The position numbers and the translations under genes were made by a program. A DNA stretch of 64,000 nucleotides. Source: Octopus vulgaris. Taxonomy: Eukaryota. Positions 28,812-41,823 of the stretch are shown here, piece by piece; position 1 is the stretch's first letter, and every line of letters starts with the position of its first letter. Under the pieces are notes generated by a model. The model made no database searches. It saw nothing but the letters and a program-made list of their open reading frames with translations, and was not told the DNA's origin. The stretch is taken from the NCBI GenBank assembly GCA_951406725.2, contig OX597815.1, forward strand, positions 210,986,001 through 211,050,000. The letters are read 5' to 3'.

Positions 28812-30097
28812 GGTGCGTGTGTATGTGTCTATGTGTCTGTGTAAGTATATAATATTGGTTTTACAAGACGTTTGTACGTATATATTTGAGATAATGTGAT
28901 AAGCGAGTGTTTAAAGAAATGTTCTTGTATGTAACGTGTTCATTTGAACAAAGTTTGCCATTAAAAGTTTGTGTATATATGTATATATGTGTGTGTGCGT
29001 GTATATAAATATATATATATATACACACAAATATACATAGAAACACACATACATACATACATACATACATACATACATACATACATACATACATACATAC
29101 ATACATACATACATACATACATGCATACATGCATACATACATACATACATACATACATACATGCATGCATGCATACATACATACATAATACATACATACA
29201 TACATACATAATACATACATGCATACATACATATATACATACATACATGCATACATACATACATAATACATACATGCATACATACATGCATACATACATA
29301 CATGCATGCATGCATACATACATACATACATACATAATACATACATGCATACATACATACATACATACATACTTACATACACACACACACATACATACAT
29401 ACATATTACATACATACAAAACATACATAATACATACATGCATACATACATACATACATACATACATACATACACACACATACATGCATACATACATACA
29501 CATACATGCATACATACATACACACACACACATACATACACACACATACATGCATACATACATACACATACATGCATACACACATACATACATACATACA
29601 TACATACATACATACATACATACATACATACATACATGCATGCATATAATTGTGTATGAATAAATATGTATATATCAGCGTATATGTTCAAAACAATGTA
29701 CAGTCGTACATTTCTGAATATCGTGTTGTGTGTTTAATTGCATTTTAATGTGCGTGCATCAGTGTGTATGAACGTGCATCTGTGTGCGAGTGTGTGTGTG
29801 TGTGTCTGTATGTATGCGAGAGAGACAGGGAGACAGAGAGAGAGAGTGTGTGTGTGTGTGTGTAGGCTTGAATAGAGTTAAAATTTAACAAAGTGTTTCT
29901 ATTTGTGTATACATACTGTGCTCGTGCATCGTGTGGTGATTATCTCGTTGCTTTTTGTTACGTGTTGATGAGGTATGAGCGCCTGTATTCAGTAAAATAT
30001 AGTTAAAAATTTAGAGTGTGTGCGTCTATGTTTATATTGTATGTGTGCGTTTGTAATAGTATAGTCGTTATTATTTGGTTATGCTTGCACATAATGT

Positions 30098-30153
<56 letters not shown>

Positions 30154-30633
30154 TGATAGCTACATAGGTTTACACTTGTGTCAATGAATAGGCTCATGGT
30201 TATGAGGTCTCACTGGATTATTGTATTTAAATATGCGTGTGCTTGTATGCAAACGATGCATGTGTGTAATAGTGTGTCTGTGTACGACTGAATACATGAT
30301 GAGGAGATGGTGTTAGTAGGTGATTACTTATATATTGGTGCATTCTTGTGTACGTGTATATGTGTCAGCTTGCATGCGTTTGTGTCTGTCTAGAATCATG
30401 AACATGCGGTCGTAACTTTATATTAATAGTAACCTTATGCGTGTCTTTGTAAAAATTCGTGTGCATTTATCTATGATTTAACGTGGATAATTACATAGTT
30501 GTGTCTCACAGTGTTTAACATGCATATCTGAGTGTTTTCACTTGAAAAGCATTTGAAACACTATTTTAAATCAATGAATGTATGTTTAGATGCAGGGTCT
30601 GTACGAAAATGCTTCAAACAGCATATATACATG

Positions 30634-30801
30634 CAGAGCCAGCTCAAGGTGCCAGCAGGTCGGGTAGTCGCCCGAGGTGCCATGTACTAAGGTGCGCCAA
30701 GGAGGGCGTGACAGGGACAGAGATATTTCCACGACCTTCGGCTTGTACACGCTGAAGTTCAGCTTGGCCGGGGCGCCAACAACCCTTGAGCCGGCCTTCT
30801 G
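30634..30801. mobile_element. hAT-type MITE
   Basis: TIRs CAGAGCCAGCTCAAGG / CCTTGAGCCGGCCTTCTG; 8-bp flanks TATACATG / TATATGTG; a GC-rich island in AT-rich DNA. Confidence 0.75.
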
Positions 30802-30950
30802 TATATGTGTGTATGTGTGTGTGTTTGTGCGTATCATCAGTTTATATATATATGTGTGTGTGTGTGGGTGTACATATATATAAAGTATTTAATTTTAATT
30901 AAATACTTAGTATTAATTTTTACCTAAATGGTTTTTACATGCTAGCTATG

Positions 30951-30981
<31 letters not shown>

Positions 30982-31625
30982 GTAAATGTGGATAAAATTT
31001 CTTTATTTGTGTGTTAAGGCTACCATTGGTTTCATATATATAATACACACACACACACACACATATAGTCTACTGCACCGTTATTAGTGGGATCAACAAA
31101 AGATTGCACAGAATTTAAATGTGAGCTACCGTAAGTTTTATACCACCGGTAATATATCAGCCGGACAATCTTGTATAGCATGCCGTGTATTATTGGGCAA
31201 TCATCCAGTTTCAAAATATGCTATGGCTGATCTCTAAGAAAAACCGAGAAAGAATGAAGAAGAACGAAAATAAAGATTAAATGGATAAAAGAGCGAGAAA
31301 AAAGCATGGAGGGAAGGTTCCTTTTGCCCGTTAGAATAGTAGTTAACAAAGTTTGGATCTAGATTCGAGACTTTCACTAAATGCAAACATCTAAATAAGT
31401 ATATATTTTCGAACCCACTTTAGTATGCAGTCTAACAAACTTTAACATTTCCTCGTCGAAATAACAACACCAACCATTGTTAATTCTCATTCTAACGCTC
31501 TAAAGAGAAACAACTTTTATCCCCCTTTCCTCCCTTCTGTACCATTCACATTGTATGTTATTTTTCTTCTTGTGTTGAGGGAAGATTCAAATTCAATTTA
31601 GTTTAGACTTTCACTCCATTATATA

Positions 31626-32856
31626 CACAGACATGATAAAAGTAAATAGACAGCCCATAAAACCTCGTTTTATGTTTATTCTAACTTGTAGAGGTTTATA
31701 TTTTTTATTAATCGACATTTTTGTTTCAGGTTCTAAATGTGGTTGTTTAATCCTGCCATGTACAAAAGAAGCCTTGGAACTGTCTGAATCTCAAAAAGGC
31801 CTTATTGTAGTTCATTCTGAAGGTGGACATAGCCTAAAATTGCAGAAAATCTTGGGATCCCACTTTCTATAGTTAATAGAGAGAACGCGCAATTCACTAG
31901 AGAGGGGAAGGAGTCCACATCGCCTCACCCAGGTTGACCAGGGCTCTCTGACAGGATCCTTCTTTTGTTGAGAGAAGTGTGGGGGATAATCGTCGTTGCA
32001 AGGCTTCTGATATAGCAGAACACGTTGATGTCAGTCCCAAAACAGTTGTTAGATATCTCTACAAACTTGGTTACTATGGCAGAGCAGCAAGAAAGAAGCC
32101 ACTTCTTTGACCAGCCAATAACCATCAGAGAAAAGACTGGGCCAGTGAGATGAGGGAGGGACCATTAGCATTTTGGAGCATTGTCATATTTTCCAACAAG
32201 TCCAAATTTGCTGTATTTTCTGACAGTAGTTGAGTGTTGGTCTGGAGACTCTGTGATCAAGAATTTGACATGGAAAGAGGGCAGCCAACAATGAAACATG
32301 GCAGCTATTCTGTGATGGTCTGAGGAGAAATTTGGAACAATGGTCAATCAGAGTTTGTGGACTGTGAGGCAAACATAAACTCAGATGTGTCCATATTGCA
32401 GAAAGGACTCCTTCCAATAATCTCCACTGGTGAAATGATTAAAGAAGACACTTTATTTGTGGAAGATTGGGACTTCGTGTCACACAGCTGAAATGATCCA
32501 AGATTTTTGGGGTGAGAATGGCATTAAAAAACTTCCATGGCCAAGCCAGTCACCAGATAGTAACCCTATTGAACATCTCTGGGGCATAATGGACACAACA
32601 CTGCATAAAAAGAACAAGAAAGCATGTTCAAAGCCAGATCCTTTGAGATTACTGCACGAAACTTGGCAAGAAATTCCTCAAGAGAATATTCGTCATCTGC
32701 TCATTAACAGGCCTAATAGGAAAATGCAAGGAACATGTCTACTAAATATCAAATATTCACATTATAACCATTAATAAATAATTTGAATGTATAATTTCAG
32801 ATCTAAATGAATTTTAGCGATTATAAGTGTGTCTATTTACTTCTGTCAAGTATCTA
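31626..32856 (+). mobile_element. Decayed Tc1 (DD34E) transposon
   Basis: TIR cores AAGTAAATAGACA / TGTCTATTTACTT with TA at the left end. Transposase remnants ELSESQKG, GYYGRAARKKPLL, PTMKHG and WPSQSPDSNPIEHLW carry many stops and frameshifts. Confidence 0.9.
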
Positions 32857-34279
32857 CATAATCTCTCATAAAAAGCATAAGCACTGGTTCTTTTCAAACT
32901 GTAGTTAAAAATTCTATATTGTTGTTTCTGGGGGGGCATTATCTGTGTACACATGTTTCAACATATTTCGTCAGTCCTGTCCATTAACTATAAAGAAAAG
33001 GTTAGACTTTTCAAAGATATATATAAGTGATAGGTGAATTGGAAAAAACAAATGGAAAAGAGGAGTAAATGAGAAATACCTTTATCTCCCAATCTCCCAA
33101 GTCAGACTTGTTCAGTAACATTTAAATATTTTTCACCGGGAAAATTAATTCAAACTGGAAATATTTTGATTTGTAAAGATTTTGAATGAACTGTGAAAAT
33201 ATCTAAACCATAACAATATTAGTAAAATTACTAATTTCTTTATAATTCAGAGTAACAGTTGTACCATTGGTGATAAGCCAAGTTATGCCAAGATAAAAGT
33301 ACAAAAATTGCTTATTATTATATTATGTGTCAGCTATCACTTCATTAGAATTCCAATAGTGACTTAGTTATCACATTTAGTGATCAGTATGACTTAGTTA
33401 TGCATACTTGCCATAAATGCAATTAACTCTTTTGACCTTTTAAAATTATTAATGCACCATTTTCATTTCTTGTCCTTTCATTTCAATTAGCCTCTCTTCT
33501 AAGTGTATTTAAGAATTCTGCTTCAGATTCAATATCTATAAATATAGGATTGTTCTGATAGACAAATGGTTAAGCATGAAAAGTTGTAGAATCGATAATA
33601 ATTAACCATTAATCTTTATTGTTTCTTTCCACCAGTCCAAAGAAGTGCCATATTTGAGTTACAAAATTTCCTTTTTCAGACAAAAAAATTAGTATAATCT
33701 CTTATCTTTTACTTGTTTCAATCACTGGACTGCAGCCATTCTGGGGAACTGCTTAGAAGGCTTTAAACAAATAAACCCCACTACTTATTTGTTTAAGTCT
33801 GGTACCTATTCTATCAGTCTATTTTACAAGCTGTTAAGTTATGGGGATATAAACAAACCACCACTGGCTGACAGGCAGTTGATAGGAAAAAAACACACAT
33901 ACAAACATATGCATGCATGTGAATGTGTGTGTATGTATGTATGTGTATATATATATATGTGTGTGTGTGTATATATATATACACACACATACCCTCCTTC
34001 TTCCCTTCTTTCCTGAGCATCCAATAATACTATATTTGTTCCACGTCCTCGCGTTGTTGTGTTTTTTTGTGTTTTCTTGTTTGGATTAACTATATATATA
34101 TATATATATATAAGACAAGAAATAATTTTTGCCTCTTTTTATTATGAAGACAAAAAGGTCCATAGGACTGCGAAAAGGAAGCGCTCAAATGAAATGGAGA
34201 CAGAGACGAAAAACATTGATTATAGAGAACAAACATCGTTGATCCAAATTTGATGTTTGTTCTCTAATCAATGTTTATA

Positions 34280-34435
34280 TATGGAACAATTATAGTGTTA
34301 TTGGACGCGCATGAAAGGAAAGAAAGAAGGAGGATTTAACGTTTCGAGCGGAGCTCTTCGTCAGAAATATAGAAAATGGAAAGGTCCAAGGAAGGGAAGA
34401 CGGAGAAAGAAAATCACCAACGATACACACGGAGT

Positions 34436-34472
<37 letters not shown>

Positions 34473-35100
34473 TAAAGTGTGTGAAATCCTTGGTACAGTT
34501 GGGTGTATTTGAAAAAGAAAAAGAATGACTTCACTGGTAGTTCTTTCTAATCGGTTTAATTTATTATTTTTGAAATCGTTTAATAATATAAATTTTACTT
34601 CATAGATCTATTAAGTTTTTTGTTAACTTGGGTGTGGAGAATTTTTTTAAAAAGTTTTTCTTATTAACTTCTTAGGGGAACTTCCTTGCATTCCTTAATA
34701 AACAGACAAGAGGATTTGGGGTTTTGTAATTCTATATATGGGATTTGGGTGTGTTTGGAGTGGGGTTGAGATTTGTCAATCAGTGTGGGAGTAAAAGACT
34801 GTTGATGAATAATAGGTGAAAGAAAGTAGTGAATGGCCACCACAAGATACTTGATTGGGGTTGGAATTGGGAGGTGGTGGGGTGTTAAAGGGGTGAAACC
34901 ATTTGAACAGTTGACCTGTCATCAGAAATCTAATGACCAGATGTCTTCTCAAATTCTTTCTTTTAGTAATTTTCTATGTTTTAGATGTGTGTCTGGGGGT
35001 GGTGGTGTTAATGAGGTGTAAGATATATGTCTTTTGATAAAAATGTTTGTTCATAGAAGAGTTTTTTAAATGTATTTTGGTTTGGGAGTGGAGGTGGGGA
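34280..35100 (-). mobile_element. Probable decayed Penelope-like element remnant
   Basis: Fragments KFILLNDFKNNKLNRL and FSFSNTPN weakly resemble the PLE RT-EN linker. It is followed on the same strand by a hammerhead, and its tail has an inverted copy at ~33990-34045. Confidence 0.4.
34335..34367 (-). ncRNA. Minimal type I hammerhead ribozyme motif
   Basis: Minus strand reads TTT CTGACGA A GAGC TCC GCTC GAAAC GTT AAA, with palindromic AACGTT in place of stem III. Confidence 0.7.
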
Positions 35101-35373
35101 AGATCATGCTAGCTCATACATACTTCCCTATAAATAAAATGTATATATACATTTCTCTTTCTCTTTCTCTCTCTCTCTCTCTCTGCCTACACCTTTTTGT
35201 TGTTTACACACCTGTCTTCGTCTTTTGTTTTTGTAAATTCCAACTATATACACATACATATACATATATATAAGTACATACATACATACACAGACACATA
35301 CATGTGTACACAAAAAAAATACAAACATATCTCTCCATACAGACACATGTATACACACACACACACACACACG

Positions 35374-35429
<56 letters not shown>

Positions 35430-35431
<2 letters not shown>

Positions 35432-35872
35432 GCGGCGACCTGGCAGAATCGTTAGCACGCCGGATGAAATGCTTAGCGGCGAGCTGGCAGAAACGTTAGC
35501 ACGCCGGGCGAAATGCTAAGCGGTATTTCGTCTGCGTTACGTTGTGAGTTCAAATTCCGCCAAGGTCGACTTTGCCTTTCATCCTTTCGGGGTCGATAAA
35601 TTAAGTACCAGTTACGCACTGGGGTCGATGTAATCGACTTAATACCTATGTCTGTCCTTGTTTGTCTCCTCTGTGTTTAGCCCCTTTGTGGGTAATAAAG
35701 AAATAGGTATTTCGTCTGCTGCTACGTTCTGAGTTCAAATTCTGCCGAGGTCGACTTTGCCTTTCATCATTTCGGGGTCGATTAAATAAGTACCAGTTAC
35801 GCACTGGGGTCGATATAATCGACTTAATCCGTTTGTCCCCTCAGCGTTTAGCCCCTTGTGGGCAATAAAGAT
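35430..35872 (+). mobile_element. SINE family B, tandem/nested (extra head + monomer + repeated 3' part)
   Basis: Duplicated head at 35430-35476; junction AAAGAAATA|GGTATTTCG at ~35705. Confidence 0.85.
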
Positions 35873-36057
35873 ATATATATACATATATATACACACACAC
35901 ACACACACACTCAATATACAAACACATACATATATAAACCTATATGTGTACACATACCTATATATGCACACACATGCCTACATACACTTGTATATGCATA
36001 CATACATACACACACGCATAAATATCCCCTCCAGTTCACATCTATTCATACCTCACT

Positions 36058-36158
<101 letters not shown>

Positions 36159-36756
36159 CTGTATACATATATATACACATACACACACACTCACACACAT
36201 GGACACACACACATACACATGTATATATACACACATACATACGTGCACACACACATTCACGGATATACTCATACATACGTACACATATATATAAAAATGC
36301 GCATCCATACACATGTACATATATACATACCCGCACACACGCACACACACAGACACGTGTACAAAAAAGCTCATATATGCACGTCTATATAAGCACATGC
36401 ACAATAAAAATGCAGGGTGAAAGGTAAAATACAGAAAAAAACGTTAAAATATATAAAGTAATAAAAATATATCTATAAATATGTAGAAAATGTGTAAAAA
36501 ATATATAAAAATATATATATAAAGTATAGAGAGAAAAAATGCTTGTATGTAGACACATTATAAAAAGCAGGTTCTATCTGATCTTTGTGGGGGACCAAAA
36601 ACGTAACAAATATTTAGCCACATATGGACATGACCCAAAAAAGTTCAGTCCTTGAGTTTAGACATGTAGATGTTGTAACAGCTATTGGAAGATCTTAGCC
36701 AAGTGTAAGCCTTACACCAACGGTAGAGGAAAGTGCGGTCTTTGTAATATGGAAAG

Positions 36757-37313
36757 TTAAAACTGTATACAGCTATGGTACGACCACACTTGGAATTCGC
36801 ATCATCAGTTTGGAATCCCTATCTTGCTCAGAACATTGACCTCCTGGAATCTGTCCAGAGACGTGCAACCAAACGCATACCCTCCATCAGACACCTACCA
36901 TATTCTGAGCGCCTTGTTTCCCTGGGCATGGATTCACTGAAGCTCCGGCGTCTGGCGACGGACTTGGTAAACACCCACAAGGTTATCAACCACCTCACCA
37001 ACAACAACACTGAACACCTTTTTGATCTCCATGTGTCTAACACACGTGGACATGCCTACAAAGTCAGAAAACAGCACAGCTCCCATGACTTTCGGAAACA
37101 TTTTTTCACGCTCAGGGTTGCTGAAGCATGGAATAAACTGCCTGCGTCAGTTGTTGACTGCCATGACACTGCATCCTTTAAGGCCCTCATGCTTTCCGAA
37201 ATCCGCCTAAACTACACCTGATTATATATACACTTTAGATGAGTTGTAGTGCACCTGAGCACTGTACACAATTATTATTATTATTATTATTATCATTATT
37301 ATTATTATTATTA
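36757..37313 (+). mobile_element. 5'-truncated CR1-group LINE (RT C-terminus, 3' UTR, (TTA)n tail)
   Basis: LKLYTAMVRPHLEFASSVWNPY..LESVQRRATK..YSERL..TRGH..RKHFFTLRV..WNKLP; frame open to the stop at 37221. Confidence 0.92.
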
Positions 37314-37553
37314 TGGCTCATCTGGAAAAGCAGCTTAGATCCTGCCACTTGTCTAAATTCAAGAACTGAACTCTTTGGATCATGTCCATATATGGCTAAA
37401 TATGTGTTACGTTTTTGGTCCCCATTCCATCAGATCAGATAGAACCTGCTTTTCATATTGTGTCCACGGACACGCATTTTATCTCTCTGTACTTTATATA
37501 TATATATTTTATATATTTTTTACATATTTTCTACATATTTATAGCTATATATA

Positions 37554-37969
37554 GGCGCAGGAGTGGCTGTATGGTAAGTAGCTTGCTAACCAACCACATG
37601 GTTCCGGGTTCAGTCCCACTGCCTGGCATCTTGGGCAAGTGTCTTCTGCTATAGCCCCGGGCCGACCAATGCCTTGTGAGTGGATTTGGTAGACAGAAAC
37701 TGAAAGAAGCCTGTCGTATATATGTATATATATATGTGTGTGTTTGTGGGTTTGTGTGTCTGTGTTTGTCCCCCTAGCATTGCTTGACAACCGATGCTGG
37801 TGTGTTTACGTCCTCGTCACTTAGCGGTTCGGCAAAAGAGACCGATAGAATAAGTACTGGGCTTACAAAGAATAAGTCCCGGGGTCGATTTGCTCGACTA
37901 AAGGCGGTGCTCCAGCATGGCCGCAGTCAAATGATTGAAACAAGTAAAAGAGTAAAAGAGTAAAAGAGT
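37554..37969 (+). mobile_element. SINE family A
   Basis: Matches 1994-2402; inserted in the PLE 3' UTR. Confidence 0.9.
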
Positions 37970-38844
37970 ATATTTTTATATTTTTATTGCTTTATATATT
38001 TTTACACATTTCTTCTGTATTTTACCTTTCACCCTGCATTTTTCTTGTGCATGTGCGTATATAGACGTGCATATGAACTTTCTTGTACACGTGTCTGTGT
38101 GTGTGCGTGTGTACGGGTATATATATATATATATTTACATGTATATGTACATGTGTACATGCGAGTGTTCCACGCAAGTGTTAGTGAGCATATGCATATA
38201 TAGCATGTAGACATGTACGTATTTTAGACATGTATTTGAATATAACTGTGCGCGTATGGGTATGTGCACGTGTGTGTGTGTGCGCGCGTGTGTTCGGATT
38301 TACATATGTGTACATCGTGTGTGCGTGTGCGTGTATATATATATACATGTATATGTAATTGTATATGGTTGCATATATATGTGGGTGTACATGCATGTGT
38401 TTCACGCGAGTGTGAGTGTGCATATAGCATGTGCGTGTATTTTTAGATGCGTGTTTGAATATAACTGTGCACGTATGGGTATGTGCATATGCTTGTGTAC
38501 GCGCGTGTGTGGATATGTATTCGTGTACATACATTGTTGCATATATATGTGCATCTATTGGTGTCTGTGTGGGTGCGCATGTATGTGTTTCATGCGAGTG
38601 TGAGTGAGCATATGTATATAGGCACATGTACGTGGGTGTGCGTGCGCGCATGTGCATGTATGTACATGCGTGCGTACGCGATTGCTATGAGCATTTTTAC
38701 TTCTTTTCTTTTTACTTCCTCCCCTTCGGTTTTTCCCCCTTATTTAACGGTCATTCTAAGAGCTCTTTTGTCTTAATAACGGTCAATTACATAGTAATTT
38801 CCCTTTGTTTAACGATCATTTTCATAGCATATTTTGATTGCCTC

Positions 38845-38905
38845 AATAACTGAAGAGATGCCGAAGCAGGTTTCCACTCCGACATCCGAAACTCGGAGTC
38901 TTATT
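38845..38905 (+). ncRNA. Type I hammerhead ribozyme (PLE terminus)
   Basis: AATAA CTGAAGA (38850-56), partly decayed stem II GATGCCG..CCGACATC, GAAAC (38888-92), TCGGA GTC (38898-900), TTATT; homologous to the 27.8-kb pair including the downstream ATTGTCACATA. Confidence 0.8.
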
Positions 38906-40136
38906 ATGGCAACCGAATAATTGTCACATATTATATTATATTATATTATATATATATATATATATATATACATACATATACATATGCACATATATATACA
39001 CACACACATATATATATATATAACCCATACAAGCATGGAATATGGACATTGATGATGAGGAGGAGGAGGAGGGGGAGGAGGGGGAGGGGGAGGGGGAGGA
39101 GGGGGGAGGGGTGGTTCCAACAGTTTCTCTCCCAAATTCCCTTATAAGCATTGAGCATCCTGGTTTACAGTGTAGAAGACACTTCCCACAGGCAATGTGC
39201 AGTGGAACTGAACCCACAACTACGTGGCTACCAAATGGGCTTCTTAAGCTCATAGCCATTCCTGCACCTTTTATATTAATATTTACAAAAAAATGTCATC
39301 TGAGTTTCTTAAAAGTCTAATTTATTTCGCTACAATGATAATCCATGCTGCAAATAAAGAAGAGTTTTGGCATATTTCAATAGATAATATAAAGCAAAAT
39401 GGAATAGAATATCCATTGCGTTCATGATATATACCTGCACATATTTATTTGATGATATGCCATACTTAATGCTTGGCATTTAATAATTCTAAGAGGAAAG
39501 AATTTTCCAAGAACTGAGATGCATCAATAAATTTCAGTTGCATTCTAATTCATTTAACATACATACTTAATTCTTATACATAATTCTCAAAAAATTTTCT
39601 GCACTTCTCAAAAGAAAAAACTTCAAATTCTTCCTTTTCATACATAATAGTGACCCACTTTCTGAAAAATAGATATGAAACAGATTCGTTAAAAAAAGCA
39701 ACATTTCATTCTGCAAATTGATAAAATCCTATATGCTAAAATAGTGCTCTTTTTGTAAGACATATATCAAGGCTTTGATTCAATTTGTTTCCATGGAACT
39801 AAATCAGAAAGTATTTTTTTATCATGTATAAACTTCATATTATTATACATTTGAAATAAAAGATTGCTTCTTCTTAGAAACAAACAGGGGAATACAATGT
39901 ACAACTTATATTGGAAAATAAGCCCCTTCCCTGTGTAGATATCAGTAAATACAAATGGATAGATATATCAGATCCTAAAGTGCTTACACACATACACACA
40001 CACACATACACGCACATATGCATGCACAATGCACACACACACATACGTATGTATGTGTTTGTAGGTATGAATTATGTACTTGTATATAGATATATATATA
40101 TATACATACATATACATATATATACATACATATTTA

Positions 40137-40180
<44 letters not shown>

Positions 40181-40302
40181 CATACATACATATACACACA
40201 CATATATTATAAGTGTGTGTGTGTGTGTATCCAACACAACTCAATATAGAAACATTTAAAACCAATATGAATTAAATGCTTATATATACGTATATTGTAT
40301 GA

Positions 40303-40342
<40 letters not shown>

Positions 40343-40991
40343 TGGGGTTAGAATGCATACATATAGTACACCAAACACTGAAGTTTTGCTGTTCCAAGCA
40401 AATGCTTTTAATCTCTTCTTCAATTCCCATTACACAACTCGTAGGATGGAGACCTTGAAAAACATCTTCCCATGCCAATTTTGCCTTCTTTATCAATAAA
40501 TATACACATTTCCAGAAGATATTATTGCACACCAGCACCACCAACACTGCCAACACTAAATAAAAGCAAAAATAACAAGAACCCTTAAAGTTGCTGCACT
40601 ACAACTGGGAATGCATATGTTCTCTCCTGGTGAACACACATTCCTCAATGACACCAAAACTGCACCACAAAGAATTGCATTCGTCCTCAAAGCGATGAAA
40701 TTCTTCAATCTCCAAAAGATATTCTTTTAAATTTTTACTAAGTTCAGATAAAACATGGAATGGAGGACTGTTCCCACGCATTTAGGCAATCGATGCAGCA
40801 AAAGAAAAAAGACCACTCAACTGATTCATATGAAACAGCTCACCGACACATGCTTCTGACCCACAGATATTTTGTCCCCTCACTCTGCTATTTCTCCTAC
40901 CACTACAGTCCCCCCCTCTGCTCTTCAGGGGTGGTTGGTTTCAGGCCACCTCTACTCAAGCCTTTCCAGCTCACTTGTCTCTTCTCTCATT

Positions 40992-41220
40992 ACCTATTTC
41001 TTTACTGCCCACAAGGGGCTAAACACAGGGAGGACAAACAAGGACAGAAAAACAGATTAAGTCAATTATATCGACCCCAGTGTGTAACTGGTTCTTATTT
41101 AAACGACCCCGAAAGAATGAAAGGCAAAGTCAACCTCGGCGGAATTTGAACTCAGAACGTAGCAAGCAGACGAAATACCGCTAAACATTTCGCCCGGCGT
41201 GCTAACATTTCTAACAGCTC
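40992..41220 (-). mobile_element. SINE family B
   Basis: Family B motifs. Confidence 0.85.
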
Positions 41221-41234
41221 TGCATCTGTGATGC

Positions 41235-41535
41235 AGTGTGGTTTAGTGGCTCATGGTTGCAAGGTTGAGTTTGACTCCTGGTGTCACACTGTGCCCTTGA
41301 GCAAGACACTTAATTTCATGTTGCTCCAATTCATTCAACTGGTATGAGTAGTACCTGTATTTCAAAAGGCCAGCCTTGTCCCACTCTGTGTCACACTAAA
41401 TCTCTTCGAGAACTACATTAAGGATACACGTGTCTGTGGAGTACTCAGCCACATGCATATTAATTTCACAGCAGGCTGTTCCATTAATCGGATTAACTGG
41501 AACACTCATTGCTATAGCCAATAGAGTACCAGATT
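41235..41535 (+). mobile_element. Old SINE related to family E
   Basis: GTACCTGTATTTCAAAAGGCCAGCCTTGTC..ACACGTGTCTGTGGAG is shared with 45093-45479; CpG-decayed. Confidence 0.75.
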
Positions 41536-41559
41536 TTTTTTATGCTACATCTACAATCC

Positions 41560-41823
41560 TTGGAGGCACGTGGCTTAGTGGTTAGGGTGTCAGCACCATG
41601 ATCGTAAGATTGTAGTTTCGATTCCTGGACCGGGCAACGCATTGTGTTCTTGAGCAAAACACTTCATTTCACTTTGCTCCAGTCCACTCAGCTGGCAAAA
41701 GTGATTAATGCTGCGATGGACTGGCGTCCCTTCCAGCTGGGGAACACATACGCCATAGAAACTGGGAAACCGGGCCCATGAGCCTGGCTAGGCTTTAAAA
41801 AGGGTGCATTTAATTTTTTTATT
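41560..41823 (+). mobile_element. tRNA-derived SINE (C-type head and centre, distinct tail) with TSD
   Basis: TSD TACATCTACAATCC at 41546-41559 and 41824-41837; A and B boxes in the head. Confidence 0.85.

Larger units (their letters stand above)
27210..29645. repeat. Cluster of (TATG)n / (CATA)n microsatellites
   Basis: Tracts at ~27210-27330, 27450-27537, 27933-28253 and 29045-29645; these produce the MYVC/HTYI ORFs. Confidence 0.95.
36300..38935 (+). mobile_element. Penelope-like element 3' end with inverted partial copy, interrupted by a CR1 and a SINE
   Basis: 36682-36756 encodes YWKILAKCKPYTNGRGKCGLCNME; it resumes after the CR1 as LWLIWKSSLDPATCLNSRTELFGSCPYMAKYVLRFW..* (PLE GIY-YIG C-terminus). 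36300-36666 is an inverted copy of 37347-38130. A hammerhead lies at 38845-38905. Confidence 0.85.

Noticed and set aside
27186-29691. [12 protein letters not shown]-type ORFs here and throughout the window
   Set aside because: Translations of TATG, CA and TA microsatellites.
30586-30883. GC-rich exon or first coding exon
   Set aside because: Explained by a TIR-bounded MITE.
36300-38130. Foldback/MULE DNA transposon with long TIRs
   Set aside because: The inverted arms contain the PLE endonuclease C-terminus and 3' UTR, so they fit an inverted Penelope pLTR better.
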